Shown: positions 1 to 12,075, counted from the whole stretch's first letter. The stretch is 62,859 nucleotides of DNA, filler included, from Octopus bimaculoides (GCF_001194135.2; 6 parts of 6 records of this genome joined end to end with filler, not necessarily neighbours in it), one strand, 5' to 3'. Numbers and translations: made by a program. Notes: generated by a model from the letters alone, not told the origin.

Positions 1-91
1 AGAAGAAGAAGAAGAAGAAGAAGAAGAAGAAGAAGAAGAAGAAGAAGAAGAAGAAGAAGAAGAAGAAGAACAACAACAACAACAACAACAA
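1..91. repeat. (AAG)n then (AAC)n microsatellite
   Basis: Direct reading of the sequence. Confidence 0.98.
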
Positions 92-94
92 AAT

Positions 95-229
95 CGAAAC
101 ATACCTAAGGAATGAGAACCCAGGTTCGAAAATTCCCCTACACACCTGATGAATGCTGGAGAGTATATCAGCCGAAACGTTGTATTAACAAAAAACAAGA
201 TGAGGACAAATATCTGCCAATTGTAAATT
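95..229 (+). mobile_element. Penelope-like pseudo-LTR (pLTR) fragment
   Basis: Carries an HHR core. Its tail GAGGACAAATATC..TGTAAAT recurs reverse-complemented at ~5545-5575 next to a PLE N-terminal ORF. It is inserted beside a microsatellite, a known PLE preference. Confidence 0.75.
141..186 (+). ncRNA. Minimal type I hammerhead ribozyme motif (slightly degenerate)
   Basis: CTGATGA 146-152; stem II GCTG/CAGC; GAAA 174-177; loopless palindromic stem III (AACGTT); GUU site; stem I ACAC/GTAT with one mismatch. Confidence 0.7.
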
Positions 230-751
230 GAGGGTTGAAATATAGAGAAGTATTTTTAAATCGGTTGTGTTATTTGGTTTTAGTTTTCTTAGTGTCTGCA
301 TATCAATTCTCTTGGCACGTTTCTTCCCATCATCTATTTGTGAGGGTGGATAATGTCTCTTCACAAGAATGGTTTTAAGCACATGAAGCCGTAGGTCCTG
401 GATATTTTTTATCAGACACTGTTGTGCAAATCTTTTTTACCTAAATTGAAAGGTGCATTTATTTTAATGTATTTCAGGTGGCATGGGCCGAACGGTAGGT
501 ATTGTCTCGAGTCTGATTCTGTTTGTTTATTTACTTTTTTAATATTAAAATATGAAGAAATGGAAGTTTCGTTTTGATGTGTTTCATTGTAAATTCGATG
601 TTACTATTTATACCGTTGATCAGTGTTCTAAATTCGAATAGCTTATCGATACTTTCATTCCAAAGGATAAGGCAGTTATCCAGATATTTTCCTGATTCTC
701 TCTTATATATTGATAAAAGAAGTATCCATATTTTTCTAGTGATTTTTGATA
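200..751 (-). pseudogene. Penelope-like reverse transcriptase, palm-thumb remnant
   Basis: Frameshifted minus-strand translation: YQKSLEKYGYFFYQYIREN / KYLDNCLILW (YLDD motif mutated) / NSNIEFTMK..LPFLHILI / DSRQYLPFGPCH..INAPFNL / LKTILVKRHYPPS..RAKRIDMQTLR..YISTLN. Confidence 0.85.
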
Positions 752-753
752 TA

Positions 754-953
754 CGAGGGAGTGCTGAAAAGTTGCTACCTTTCGGTAAAATTATAATTTT
801 GTTCGATATATTCCCCTCTCAAATTCACTCATTTATTACAACGGTCCTTCAGTTTTTCTAAGCCTTGTAAAAGAACTCCAGTGGTTGGGCCTTCAACCTG
901 ACCTTTCGCGAGACCCTTACATGTGTGTGTGTGTGTGTGTGTGTACCTCCTCG
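754..953. mobile_element. mariner-derived MITE
   Basis: TA|CGAGGGAGTGCTGAAAAGTT at left and CCTCCTCG|TA at right. A (GT)n run replaces most of the right TIR. The element truncates the PLE RT remnant. Confidence 0.7.
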
Positions 954-987
954 TACACACACACACACACACATATATATATACGTA

Positions 988-2258
988 CAGTGTGCGATGA
1001 ATAAATTGTCTAAATTACGCAAAAATGAAAATAACAATGGCATCTCATTTTAACAGATATATTTACCAAAATTACATAAAAATATCTTGAAATTCGAAAG
1101 GGTAAATTTATTCAAAAAATCACTACTAGCTTCGGAATCTCTTGCAACTCCTCTGGACGATCTTCTTATTTAGGTTGGTCAATGCTGCCATAATACTTGC
1201 CTTCAGGTCATCTTTAGCCTTACAAGGAGTTTTGTTGGTATTTTGCTCAACTGCGTTCCACACATAATAATCAAGGGAGTTACAGTCGGTGGGGTTTGGT
1301 GGCCAGATGTTAGAGATGATGTTGTTGCCGAAATTGTCTGACGCCCATGATTGGGTTCTCTTGCTTGTGTGGCTGGTGCAGAGCCCTGTTGCCAGACATA
1401 GGGTCTTCCATCAGCCACCTTCTTGACCCAAGGCAGAACTACGTCCTCCAGGCACTTGATGTAAGCATCCATGTTGAGTCTGAAGCCGTGTAGGAAGATG
1501 AATGGAGACATAACGTCACCATCACTAGTGATCACTCCAGACACCATGATGTTGACTGGATGCTTGATTTTTATCACTCTCGGTACATGTTTTGGAGACA
1601 CGGTTTAGCTAACGGTTGTTCTGTGTGTTCACCATCTGACCACGGCAGAGATTTGTCTTGTCTGAGAAAAACCAAAGCATGCTCAGTTGGAGGAAGTGCT
1701 TGAGTTTGTTCAAACACTTCCTAGCGCGGTCTTTCCTCTTGCCCTTGATGGCTTGGAATATAAATTGTCCCTTTCTCATCCTGTATGAGGAATACCAAAT
1801 GTCTTCATGCATTACTTGTCTGATGAGAAACTTAAACACACCCATGTCCCTGGCGTTGGATCTGATTGATTTGGAGTAATCGTTTTCAATCATGGCCTGC
1901 ATCTCACCAACAAATTTAGGAGTTCTTTTCTTATCAGAACGATCAGAATGAGTTTTCCGAGCTGCTGTACCTTCTTAATCACCATTGGACTCACATAACT
2001 CTTTCTATATCCTCTGCAATGTCGGCAAATTGACACCCAAACAATCTGAAATCGTATTTGAGCTTTCGGCGCAAATGCCAAGCAGTACAGCATGTCATTC
2101 CCAAATTTCTGGCAGAGTGAATTGCATCATGGTGCTGTTTTTCTCACAGACGGTGTCCAACTGATCCTACTACACTCTGTAGTCGACAAAATCAAAAACA
2201 ATGTGCATGTGCAAAATTAAAATGTATAAAATGGCAACAATTTACCCATCGTACCCTA
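988..2258 (-). mobile_element. Full-length degenerate maT (DD37D) Tc1/mariner transposon
   Basis: Imperfect ~23-bp TIRs (CAGTGTGCGATGAATAAATTGTC / rc TAGGGTACGATGGGTAAATTGTT); TA at 986-987. Transposase remnants WFFSDK, KHPVNIMVSGVI, WQQGSAP (D2 to G) and WPPNPTDCNSLDYYVW give 37 residues between D2 and D3. Frameshifted. Confidence 0.92.
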
Positions 2259-2395
2259 GATATATAATATAACCAGCCGAAATTGCAAAGATAATCTGGA
2301 ACTTGATTGATGAAAGAAAACTCCGAATGACCCACCCTTGTTTTCTTTGTATCGTCTGTCTGGATGTTTTGCGTTCTGGTCCCATTTTGTATGAT

Positions 2396-2431
<36 letters not shown>

Positions 2432-2539
2432 CTTGAAACATTTAACGACTTACATAATAACATTTCAATATCGTGCTGAAAACCGCTTTGGGATCGGAAT
2501 AGTCGACAGAGGCTCGTGGAACTTGAACTCAAGTCCACT

Positions 2540-2704
2540 GTTAATATGAGAATCCTTCTACGATTGTACAAATGTGGTCCTTTGTCTTTCTCTATACATT
2601 GTTTGAATTATGTTCTGAACAGCGAGAATTTCATGTTGATGATGAAACGTGGGGGAAACGTGCCAAGAGAATTGATATGCAGACACTAAGAAAACTAAAA
2701 CGAA
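2540..2704 (+). pseudogene. Second copy of the same PLE RT family, internally deleted
   Basis: 2655-2702 is the reverse complement of 277-325 (KRAKRIDMQTLRKLK). Upstream YVLNSENF..DDET resembles the PLE motif-B approach. Ends at a gap. Confidence 0.7.
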
Positions 2705-3104
2705 NNNNNNNNNNNNNNNNNNNNNNNNNNNNNNNNNNNNNNNNNNNNNNNNNNNNNNNNNNNNNNNNNNNNNNNNNNNNNNNNNNNNNNNNNNNNNNNN
2801 NNNNNNNNNNNNNNNNNNNNNNNNNNNNNNNNNNNNNNNNNNNNNNNNNNNNNNNNNNNNNNNNNNNNNNNNNNNNNNNNNNNNNNNNNNNNNNNNNNNN
2901 NNNNNNNNNNNNNNNNNNNNNNNNNNNNNNNNNNNNNNNNNNNNNNNNNNNNNNNNNNNNNNNNNNNNNNNNNNNNNNNNGAAAATCATTTTGGATAGAA
3001 AGATTCAAATGCTGCCTGTGAGATATGAACTCACATTTCCTGTAGACTTGATAAAACCAGTCTTTAGAATTTTCTATACATTATGTGTGTGTATGTGTGT
3101 GTGT

Positions 3105-3448
3105 GTAAGGCGCAGGGTTTACAGTCAGGCTCACAACCATATGGTAGTGAGTTCGATTCCTGGACCGGACTGTGTGTTGTGTTCTTGAGCAAGACACTTT
3201 ATTTCAAATTGCTCCAGTTCACTCATCTTTAGCAATGAGTTACAACGCCACTGGCGTCAAGCTGTATCAGCCCCTTTGCCTTTCCCTTAGATAATATCGG
3301 TGGTGTGGAGAAGGGAGGGTGGTATGCATGGGCATCTGCTAGTCTTTCCTAAAACAACCTTGCCTGGACTTGTGCCTCGGAAGTAAACATTCTAGCTGAA
3401 ATTCCCTGGTCATTCATGACCAAAAGGGCGGGGTTTTTACTTTACCTT
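3105..3448 (+). mobile_element. tRNA-derived SINE
   Basis: B-box GTTCGATTCC followed by the GTGTTCTTGAGCAAGACACTT conserved body, which is shared with the 40530 copy. Confidence 0.85.
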
Positions 3449-4532
3449 ATACGCACACAGACACAGACACACACACTCACACACACACACACACACACAC
3501 ATGCATACACACACANNNNNNNNNNACACACACACACACACACACACATGCATACACACACACACACACACACATATACATGCATACTCCACCCACATAT
3601 GTATGTATATATATATTTGTAGCTTATATTATATAAAAATATATTTTACATTTGAACAGAAAAGAAATTTTACCGTATATGAAAAACTTGAAACACATTT
3701 GGGACATATGCGTATAAGTGTGCGCGCGTATACGTCCATATATCTATATATGTCTGCCTAAATTATTCTTTATGCACTTTCTCTCTCTCCGCCTTCTCTT
3801 TCCCTCTCTCGCCCCCCTCTCTCTCTCTCTCTCGCATCATCAAGCTTCACATAGATTGCAGAAACGTTATAAAACGTTATGGAAATGTTAAGCAAATATC
3901 TATTAAAATTAGTTAGTCGTAATATACAGTTTTACATTTGTCTGCTGATGAAATTGCCGAAGTTACACATCACCGTGAACGTCAAATGATAACTAATTTT
4001 TTTTTTAATCTTTTTCGTTTATCTTATAATTTGGATAGAAACCAAAACTAAATATATTCAGTGTCATTTTCTTAAAGCCCTGACTTCTAGAAAACTAATT
4101 TGTGCCTGCTAACTCAACATCGTCACAGGTACAATAACTACAATAACTATGCGCAAATCGTTCTTCCTATTTTCAGCTCGACTGAACCCAATCCAAAGAT
4201 CACTCATGAAATGAAGAATTTCTAATGTAAATTGCAACGATTCTATTGGATATCTGTATTCCTCATTCTGAGTTCCACTAACACCAAAAGATTTTATTTC
4301 TCTGACGCTGCTTAACTTCAGCATTTGACAGAATCACAACATTACCAACCAGTAAATTGTTTCGTAAATTGAAACAAAATTACACACATGTGCGCGCGCG
4401 CAAAATACACTTGTATGCATATATGTGTGTGTATATACATGTATATATATATGTATGTACACGTATATACATATTATTATTATTATTATTATTATTGTCA
4501 TCATCATCATCATCATCGTTATTACTATTATC

Positions 4533-4700
4533 ATGGCAGCGAACTGGCAGAACCGTTACCGCGCCGGGCAAAATGCATAATGGTATTTCGTTTGTCTTTA
4601 CGTTCTGAGTTCAAATTCCGCCGAGTTCGACTTTACCTTTCAGTTAGGCAATGGGGTCGATGTAATCGACTATTCCCCTCTCTCCAAATTTCAGGTTATT
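4533..4700 (+). mobile_element. SINE (GGCGAGCTGGCAGAA..GGGGTCGATGTAATCGAC family)
   Basis: Homologous copies at 42415(-), 46130, 57431 and 61100. Confidence 0.85.
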
Positions 4701-5234
4701 ACAATTATTATTATTATTATTATTATTTTATGTTTGACTTTTGTTTTGCATTTGTACAAGTTGGATCCAAGTCTCACCCAGAGACCTCAAGAAACAACAA
4801 GTTAGAAGTTCATCTAGGTGTTATGCCTAGGGTACCATATATTTGAATTTGTACATACCATATATTTGGATTTGTACATTTGGATATGTACTAGAGAATG
4901 TTTAAGAAACCATAAAAAAATTGTGTTTGTTTTNNNNNNNNNNNNNNNNNNNNNNNNNNNNNNNNNNNNNNNNNNNNTTAATTAATTAANNNNNNNNNNN
5001 NNNNNNNNNNNNNNNNNNNNNNNNNNNNNNNNNATATATATATATATATATATATATATGGTTCCTTATTTTCTAAAGCCTAATACGTATATTCGCAAGC
5101 ATAGACGCGCACACACAGACACACACACGCACACATATACATACATACATACATACATACATACATACATACATACATACACACACACACGTGCGCATGT
5201 GAGTGCCTGTGTGTGTGTATGTGTGTTTACAAAG

Positions 5235-5375
5235 AGACAACAGGTACCATCACGAAAATTACTGCAACGCTTACTGTGGCCGCCACCACGTTCCCCGCTA
5301 GGTTATTCAAAGCAAACTGCTATATGCCACAAGGAACCCTATCTCTTAAGTCATTAGATTTCAATCTTCCTTATA
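5235..5375 (+). CDS. Candidate exon, Ig-like C-terminal half
   Basis: Open frame ETTGTITKITATLTV..ANC..FNLPY ending at a phase-1 donor A|GTATTT. The acceptor is weak, and the antisense strand also reads as a hydrophobic peptide. Confidence 0.3.
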
Positions 5376-5529
5376 GTATTTTCCGAAGCATCCTTTACAA
5401 CTATTCGATGACAAAAGTTCTATCGTAGCAGCAAAACATATCTATTCCTCATATTTCGTTGAGATGCCCCGTGTTTTGTCCCAGAGTTTGTAATGTCTAA
5501 GACACACGTCGACAAGCTACGCTATTAGT

Positions 5530-5825
5530 TCATTATTTACATTATTTACATTCGACCGATATTTGTCCTCATCTTGTAGCCGTTGTAATGGATCCTCTCA
5601 CGGTTGAGGACACGTCCTGCCCTCTCCGCTACTCTTCTAGATTTATATGAATCCACTGGTGTCATTATATTCAAGCCAGGTGGTATTAGCTTTGAGTCTC
5701 TACATTTACACAGGAATGTTAGATGGTTTGAAAGATGAGCTAGTATTTGATGGAGTTATTGAAGTCTAAGGTCGGCTCCGTACCGATTAGATAATACAGT
5801 TCTATATTTAAGAGATGAGGAATTA
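5530..5825 (-). mobile_element. Penelope-like element: N-terminal ORF piece between pLTR segments
   Basis: Minus strand reads SSLKYRTVLSNRYG..HLSNHLTFLCKCRDSKLIPPGLNIMTPVDSYKSRRVAERAGRVLNRERIHYN (PLE N-terminal FLxxC..LIP and LxRERI pattern), then jumps into the pLTR tail seen at 197-229. Confidence 0.75.
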
Positions 5826-5922
5826 TATATAGGAATTATATATTATTAGTTCTCATCATTCATATAATTGTTAACTAAAGATTCTAATTGATATGGGATT
5901 TCGCTTTCTCTGTCCCTCTCAG

Positions 5923-6237
5923 TAAAGCTGGACACAATATCCCTAAATGCATTTGGCAACAAGCGCCTTATATTTCATCTAGCTAACTTAAGTATTGGGT
6001 TTCCGGAAAGTTCGTGCCGATTTATAGTAGCTTACCTTTCGATTTATTTGCCATGAAAACAGCTCAATTCTGGGAAGAGAGTATTTTCAAGTTAACGGAA
6101 AGATGAAGACGCACTTTGCCACAACATGCTTCATATTTCGTTGACTAAGAATGTAACGGCAAGTATTTATTGCCTTTTTTCTTTCTTTTAAAAATCGGCA
6201 CGAACTTTCCGGACAACCCAACAATATAGGAATAGGT
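5923..6237 (+). pseudogene. Candidate exon interrupted by a mariner MITE
   Basis: Strong acceptor TTTCTCTGTCCCTCTCAG|5923. The frame KLDTISLNAFGNKRLIFHLANLS resumes as IGIG after removing the MITE plus one TA, and ends at the consensus donor GGT|GTAAGT (6238). Confidence 0.35.
5995..6224 (+). mobile_element. Internally deleted mariner (DD34D type)
   Basis: ~30-bp TIRs TTGGGT(T)TCCGGAAAGTTCGTGCCGATTT; TA flanks; internal FWEESIFKLTER* matches a transposase C-terminus. Confidence 0.88.
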
Positions 6238-6544
6238 GTAAGTCATTTTATTAAGTAATATCCTCTCAGTTGGTATATACTCCGATAAAAAGATTTCTCT
6301 CGAATATGTTGGATTAGTTGCGGCGCTAAATATGTATAGTTTCACAAGTGACATTTATTGCTGAAAAGAGATAATATCATGGACTTTTCGGATTACCGTA
6401 ATATTATTATAATTTATAGTAATTTTGCTATTATTGATATTATATTCTTACGACTGAAGATTTACAACACATAAAATGTGTTTTGCAATATTTCTGGTGC
6501 TGTCTAAATTGTAATGTCGATTAAAATAGATTACATTCCGACAG

Positions 6545-6691
6545 ACGTCGGTGGTGAGTTTCTTCAAAAAGATCTACATCGCATTGAAGGACGTCCAGGA
6601 TTATGGTACCATGATTTGTCAATATATTAATTATTGGGGAATAAAGAGGACACTCTTCTAAACACAGCATCGAGTTTTCTAATTATACCTG
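6545..6691 (+). pseudogene. Candidate Ig-like exon (DYG-x-x-x-C..N..G) with a 1-nt frameshift
   Basis: CAG|ACG TCG.. reads KDVQDYGTMICQYINYWGIKRTLF*. The +1 frame LNTASSFLIIP runs to the donor G|GTGAGA. Confidence 0.4.
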
Positions 6692-6971
6692 GTGAGATTT
6701 TCGGATTTATTATCGATATTCACCCTCTGCTCTTCTCGTTTTAAATGACTTATTGTTACATCTTTTCTATCTGATATGACTTATAGTAAATTAGCAATTA
6801 TGTTGTGTGAGATGTGTGTATCTAAGCCAGAAATATGCATACATATATCAAATGATGCTTTCTTCTTTCTCACTCGCGTCTCACTCACGCTATCTATCCC
6901 TCTCTCTTTTTTTTCTTGTCTCTCTGCACACACACACCGATGCACACACACATACGTACACACAGACACAC

Positions 6972-7290
6972 ACTGTGTAGCAAGTAGCTTGCCTACCAAC
7001 CACATGGTTCCGGGTTCAGTCCTACTGCGTGGCACCTTGGGCAGATGCCGTCTACTATAGCCTCGGGCCGACCAAAGCCTTGTGAGTGGATTTGGTAGAC
7101 GGAAACTGGAAGACGCCCGTGTGTGTATGGGTGTGTGCGTCTGTGTCTGTGTGTATGGGTGTGTGTGTGTGTCTGTGTGTGTGTGTGTGTGTATGTGTGC
7201 GTGTGTATGTGTGTGTGTGTGTGTGTCTATGTGTTTACGTGTTTGTCCCCACAACATCGCTTGACAACCGATGCTGGTGTGTTTCGTCCG
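6972..7290 (+). mobile_element. tRNA-derived SINE with internal (TG)n
   Basis: Head TGTGTAGCAAGTAGCTTGC..GGTTCAGTCC, CCTTGGGCA core, and GCTTGACAACCGATGCTGG 3' part. Confidence 0.9.
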
Positions 7291-7573
7291 TCAACCATTT
7301 CAGTTCCAAGGTACGTTACTCCATTCGCACAGCGACATCGTACACTGAATCTAATACTACTTTTTTTTATTAGACCGATTAAGAAAATTGAAGTTATAGC
7401 AACTTCGATCTAGCTTTTATTTCTATTCTAATATTGAAAATGTTTTACTATATCGCCTTATTTTCCGAAGTTGATTAACGTCTCGACGTTGGTATTTCAT
7501 ACAGATGGCTAAAATTCAGCTGGGCAAATTTGTCTTTGGTCTTGTCTATAATACAAGTATTTCTTAACTACAG

Positions 7574-7639
7574 CGGTGGTGCTATTCAAATATCTACATT
7601 GGAAAATACTGGGGGAAAATATAAAAATAAATACAGAAG
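7574..7639 (+). CDS. Candidate 66-nt symmetric exon (TM end / juxtamembrane)
   Basis: TTCTTAACTACAG|..GAAG|GTAATG; phase 1-1 frame (A)VVLFKYLHWKILGENIKINTE. Confidence 0.4.
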
Positions 7640-8451
7640 GTAATGTATGGCACATAGGTGCTGTTCAGACTTAAGCTACATAGTGTAAACTAACATGAAG
7701 CTTACGAACTTTTCTTTTTTTTTTTGTGCGTTAAGAAGTTATTATAATTTATGTTGGGATGAGGTTTAAATACGCAGAGATACTGTTGATTGCTATTTGT
7801 TTAATATTATACAAAACTACGCATTCTACTGTATCGACAGCAACTTTAACTGAGTATATTAACAGGAATTATGATATGGGAAAGTATTTATTGAATATTG
7901 TGTAACGATCATTTAAATGAATTAGAGTAAATACAACGTAGATGTAAAGGGGTTAAATAAACAGCATTCATCGTTTGTTTGCATCTGAATGGTATTCAGT
8001 ATTTGCTAAATAGTCTATTGTATTCTCTATTCCAATAACACATTGAGTTACTATTATACAGATTTTTATCAGTTATTGAAAACGTATTGGATAAACGTGT
8101 GGTTAGATAATATATTAAAAATTAACAATCGATATAAGTAAATTTTGCGCGCTTAATAGCGTAAGTGCTAAAACTATTCTCCTTTATGAATTTTAAAGTG
8201 CATATTTATGTCTATTTTTATGTTTATTTATCTAAATATGTATCAATGTATCAATGTACTTCACCGATATCACGGTAATAAATTTCCTGTTCACATTTGA
8301 TAAAACAGATATACACTGTGACAGGGTTTCCAAAGGGCTGCCGGCAAATACCCTATTGCTTCACTATTGTGCTTTCTCAAGAATAAAATTTCCCCGAAGA
8401 TGGAAATTACAGCTATTCATTTATTCTATTAGTTTTCGATTCTTCTATTTG

Positions 8452-8678
8452 TGTCAGTCATTTGACTGCAGCCATACTGGAGCACCGTAATGAAGAGTTT
8501 TAATGGAACAAATCGACCCCAGGACTAATTTTGTAAGCCTAGTATTTAATCTATCGGTTACTTTTGCCGTGCCACTAAGTTACAGGTACATAAACACACC
8601 GACACCGGTTATGAAGCGGTGATGGGGAAACAAACACAGACACAAAGACACACGCACATAGATATTTACACACGCGCG

Positions 8679-8752
<74 letters not shown>

Positions 8753-9003
8753 NNNNNNNNNNNNNNNNNNNNNNNNNNNNNNNNNNNNNNNNNNNNNNNN
8801 NNNNNNNNNNNNNNNNNNNNNNNNNNNNNNNNNNNNNNNNNNNNNNNNNNTATATATACACGACGGGCTTCTTTTAGTTTCCACCCACAAAATCTACTCA
8901 CAAGGACAGAAGCTACAGTAAAAGACACTTGCCCAAGGTGCCACGCAGTGGGACTGAACCCGGAACCATGTAGTTGGGAAGCAAGCTTCTTACCACACAG
9001 CCA
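8452..9003 (-). mobile_element. Full-length SINE of the 6972 family (N gap in its internal microsatellite)
   Basis: Reverse-complement head at 8940-9003 and tail CATTTGACTGCAGCCATACTGGAGCACCG. Confidence 0.9.
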
Positions 9004-9297
9004 AGCATTACGACATTGTCCGATAGTACACGGTGAAATTATTGCTAATGTTTCAAGTTATGTAATGAGTTAGAAATACCCTAGTTTTTGCATCCACTGT
9101 TTGTACATGGACCTCATCTGGATAAACGGATATTCTATTTGATCCCAAATGCATGGGCGTCAGTCGGCTGCTGTGATAGCGATACCTTCTTGCAGCCATT
9201 CCATCTCTGGCAACGATAATTGTCCCTCCTACCTGCACAGTAACATATTCGCTATGTATCTCGTACTTACGTCATTTAATGTCTAATGTCTAGACAG

Positions 9298-9352
9298 AAT
9301 TTATATTCTGTAAATTTTACGGTAGATCTTTCAATAAATGAAGATAATGCCG
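9298..9352 (+). CDS. Candidate small exon (acceptor at 9298 or 9326)
   Basis: NLYSVNFTVDLSINEDNA with the strong donor CCG|GTATGT. Confidence 0.3.
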
Positions 9353-10541
9353 GTATGTGTTTGCACAAAATACACTCACACTTTCATACACGCACACAAA
9401 ACCTACATGCATATACACACTTGCTAACACAACAACACATAATGATATATGTGCGATTGTGTGTGCGTGTGTGCTTGTGTACTTGTTGGTCTTTGTAAAT
9501 ATGTGTCTCTGAATATGGACATTTCCAACAAAACAGCTGTCGTGAAATATACAATAACTTCCACAATATATATACCTCATTAATATCTGTCGTTATATGA
9601 ACCGAGTTTCATATTAATACAAATACATAAAATTTATCTGAAATTTGTAAAATAAATATTTTACTGTACAAATAACAAAAAAGCACACACATATATTGAG
9701 GGTTATGTATTAATTAGATACGACCCTTTTGGCTACTGACCCCGTTCATTATTCTATTCTACATTAACCAATGTCATGCTACTACTGAAAAATTTTAATA
9801 AATTACGTGGAGTAGAGAATAAGGTAGAGAGAGATGAAGAGAAATCAACGGATGCAAATAAAAGAGGAATCTCAAAATATGGTAATATAAAAAATTGATC
9901 TAATACGTACTTAAAGAAATATGAGACAAAATTCTAGAAGAGTACAAGCAAACATTTATATATACACATACACGTATTCTGACACCCACAACTCATGTAA
10001 TCATACATATGTGAGTTTACATATGCTTGTATACGTTTATTCTTTTACTTGTTTTCAATCATATGACTGCGGCGATGCTGGAGCACCGCATTTTATTTGA
10101 ACTCAGACGGACGAAACGCAGCTAAGTACTTTCCCTATTCCACCAGATTTCCGACAGCCCGCCGCCTTACGTTTGTACTTTCACATCGGGATATCAGACA
10201 TTTTGTCCTCATCCTATTTGGTACTGCAGGAATAATAATTCTAAGAGAATGGCTTATTACGTTCATTAAAATACACATATCGAAGCGGCAGAGAGAACTT
10301 CAGAAATAGGAATTTAGATAAGAATGGATAAAAATCCAGATTATCAAATACGGAACAAGTGCTTTTGCCCTCGCCGGCAATTTCATTCCAAGTTTTGGGA
10401 ATCGATGCCTCCTGAGCAGCAAATCTGCAAAGATATTATATAGTTTATATGTTATTATGGGTACCCTTTTTCTACTTTATTTTGAACATATATAAACATA
10501 TGCATACATACATATGTGTATATGTGTTTGTGCGTGTGTGC

Positions 10542-10601
<60 letters not shown>

Positions 10602-11182
10602 ACATATATCTACTTGCATGAATATACTCATTTATTATTATACTCGTATGAAAATGAATACTCGTATGAAAAGGCTTACTAAAACGCGTATGGCCATTAT
10701 ATATGTTTGAAGTACAGAGAAGAAAATTCTAACTGCATAAAACGATCAAACGTTTTCTGCATAAATATATGGTGAAGAGCGCACCCGAATATAGTTCCGT
10801 GAAATGACCCTTATTAATTGAATTTTACGGAATCAGTTAGATAAAAAATCAGCTATATATGGAAAACTTTTGAAAGTCACCTGAGACACGCAAAGCTACA
10901 TTAAGAATGCCTATTTGGAAAATCGTGTTATAAAAATTATATTTAAAATATTTCCTTCTGGAAACTGAGGCACGATATTTTTTTGTTACCAACGTAAGAT
11001 TTAGCAGATAATGTTTATTCGAAGGTTTTATATGATAGAAAATTTTTAATTTTTACCATCGCTATGCCTTTCGAAAATAGCATGCGGTTACTAAGAAAGT
11101 TAGTTGAATTTATATCTAAGTATATTAGCGGTTAGATACAGATTGTTATATATGTCATCATTTATGTTTTATCGTTTTTACT

Positions 11183-11565
11183 GGTCTCACACATTAGACT
11201 GTGGCCACGCTGGAGCACCGCGTTAAATTATTTTAGTGGAACGAATCGATTTCAGAGCTTTTTAACATATCTTAACGCTAGCTTATGGAAACGTATACAT
11301 AAGATCACTAGTTGCCCAGCGGTCGTGGAGGACGAAAACACACAAAAACAAAGACGCCAACACACGCACGTATGTGTGTGTGTGTGTGTGTGTGTGTCTG
11401 TATACACGCAAACGACGAACTTCTTTCAGTTTCTGTCTATCACATCCACTAACAAGGCTTTGGTCGGCCTCCAAACTGTAGTAGAAGACACTTGACGTAG
11501 GCACTACGCACTGGGATGAACTCGGAACGTGGTGGTTGGGAAGCAAACATACCACATAGCGACGC
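11183..11565 (-). mobile_element. Older SINE of the 6972 family
   Basis: GCTGGAGCACCGC tail, ACAAGGCTTTGGTCGGCC body, rc tRNA head. Confidence 0.8.
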
Positions 11566-12075
11566 CGTCGAACGTATGTTGTTTATGTTCCCAATTCATT
11601 GCTCTACAGATATACCATCATTATTTCAAAGAATAACTATTTGCGTTGATTGAATCCCACCCAAATATTTGTTCGTATTTGAAGTAGGCTTTCGTCTCGT
11701 TTTTAAGGATTTGGCTTGGCACTGAGCAAAATGCACAAGACAAATGTACGTATTATTTTCCTTCTTGTACAAAATTTTATATGCATTCTGTTAAATACGT
11801 TGTGGGGTAATAATTTTAGATATTTGTCTATCTATGATTAGGTCCTAAACTGAGGACCATATCAAAATATCTATTTTTTTTACTAGTTTCTCACCTCAAC
11901 GGTATTTTCTACGTATTGCGATTCATTTATGTATACATTGTGGATTGAAGCAAACATTTAATAGGATAATGCCTATAATTATTAAATGAATTGATGAGAA
12001 TATGTTGAATAACGACGCCGTTACATAATATATATATATATATCAACCAGCTGCCTTTTCAAACTATACTTGCAG

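Noticed and set aside
2259-2400. Possible continuation of PLE RT (KENKGGS resembling ADKG)
   Set aside because: Similarity is too short and its position does not fit the expected upstream motif; left unassigned.
3935-3990. CTGATGA..GAACGTC hammerhead-like words
   Set aside because: No GAAA, no stem II and no stem I adjacent to the core.
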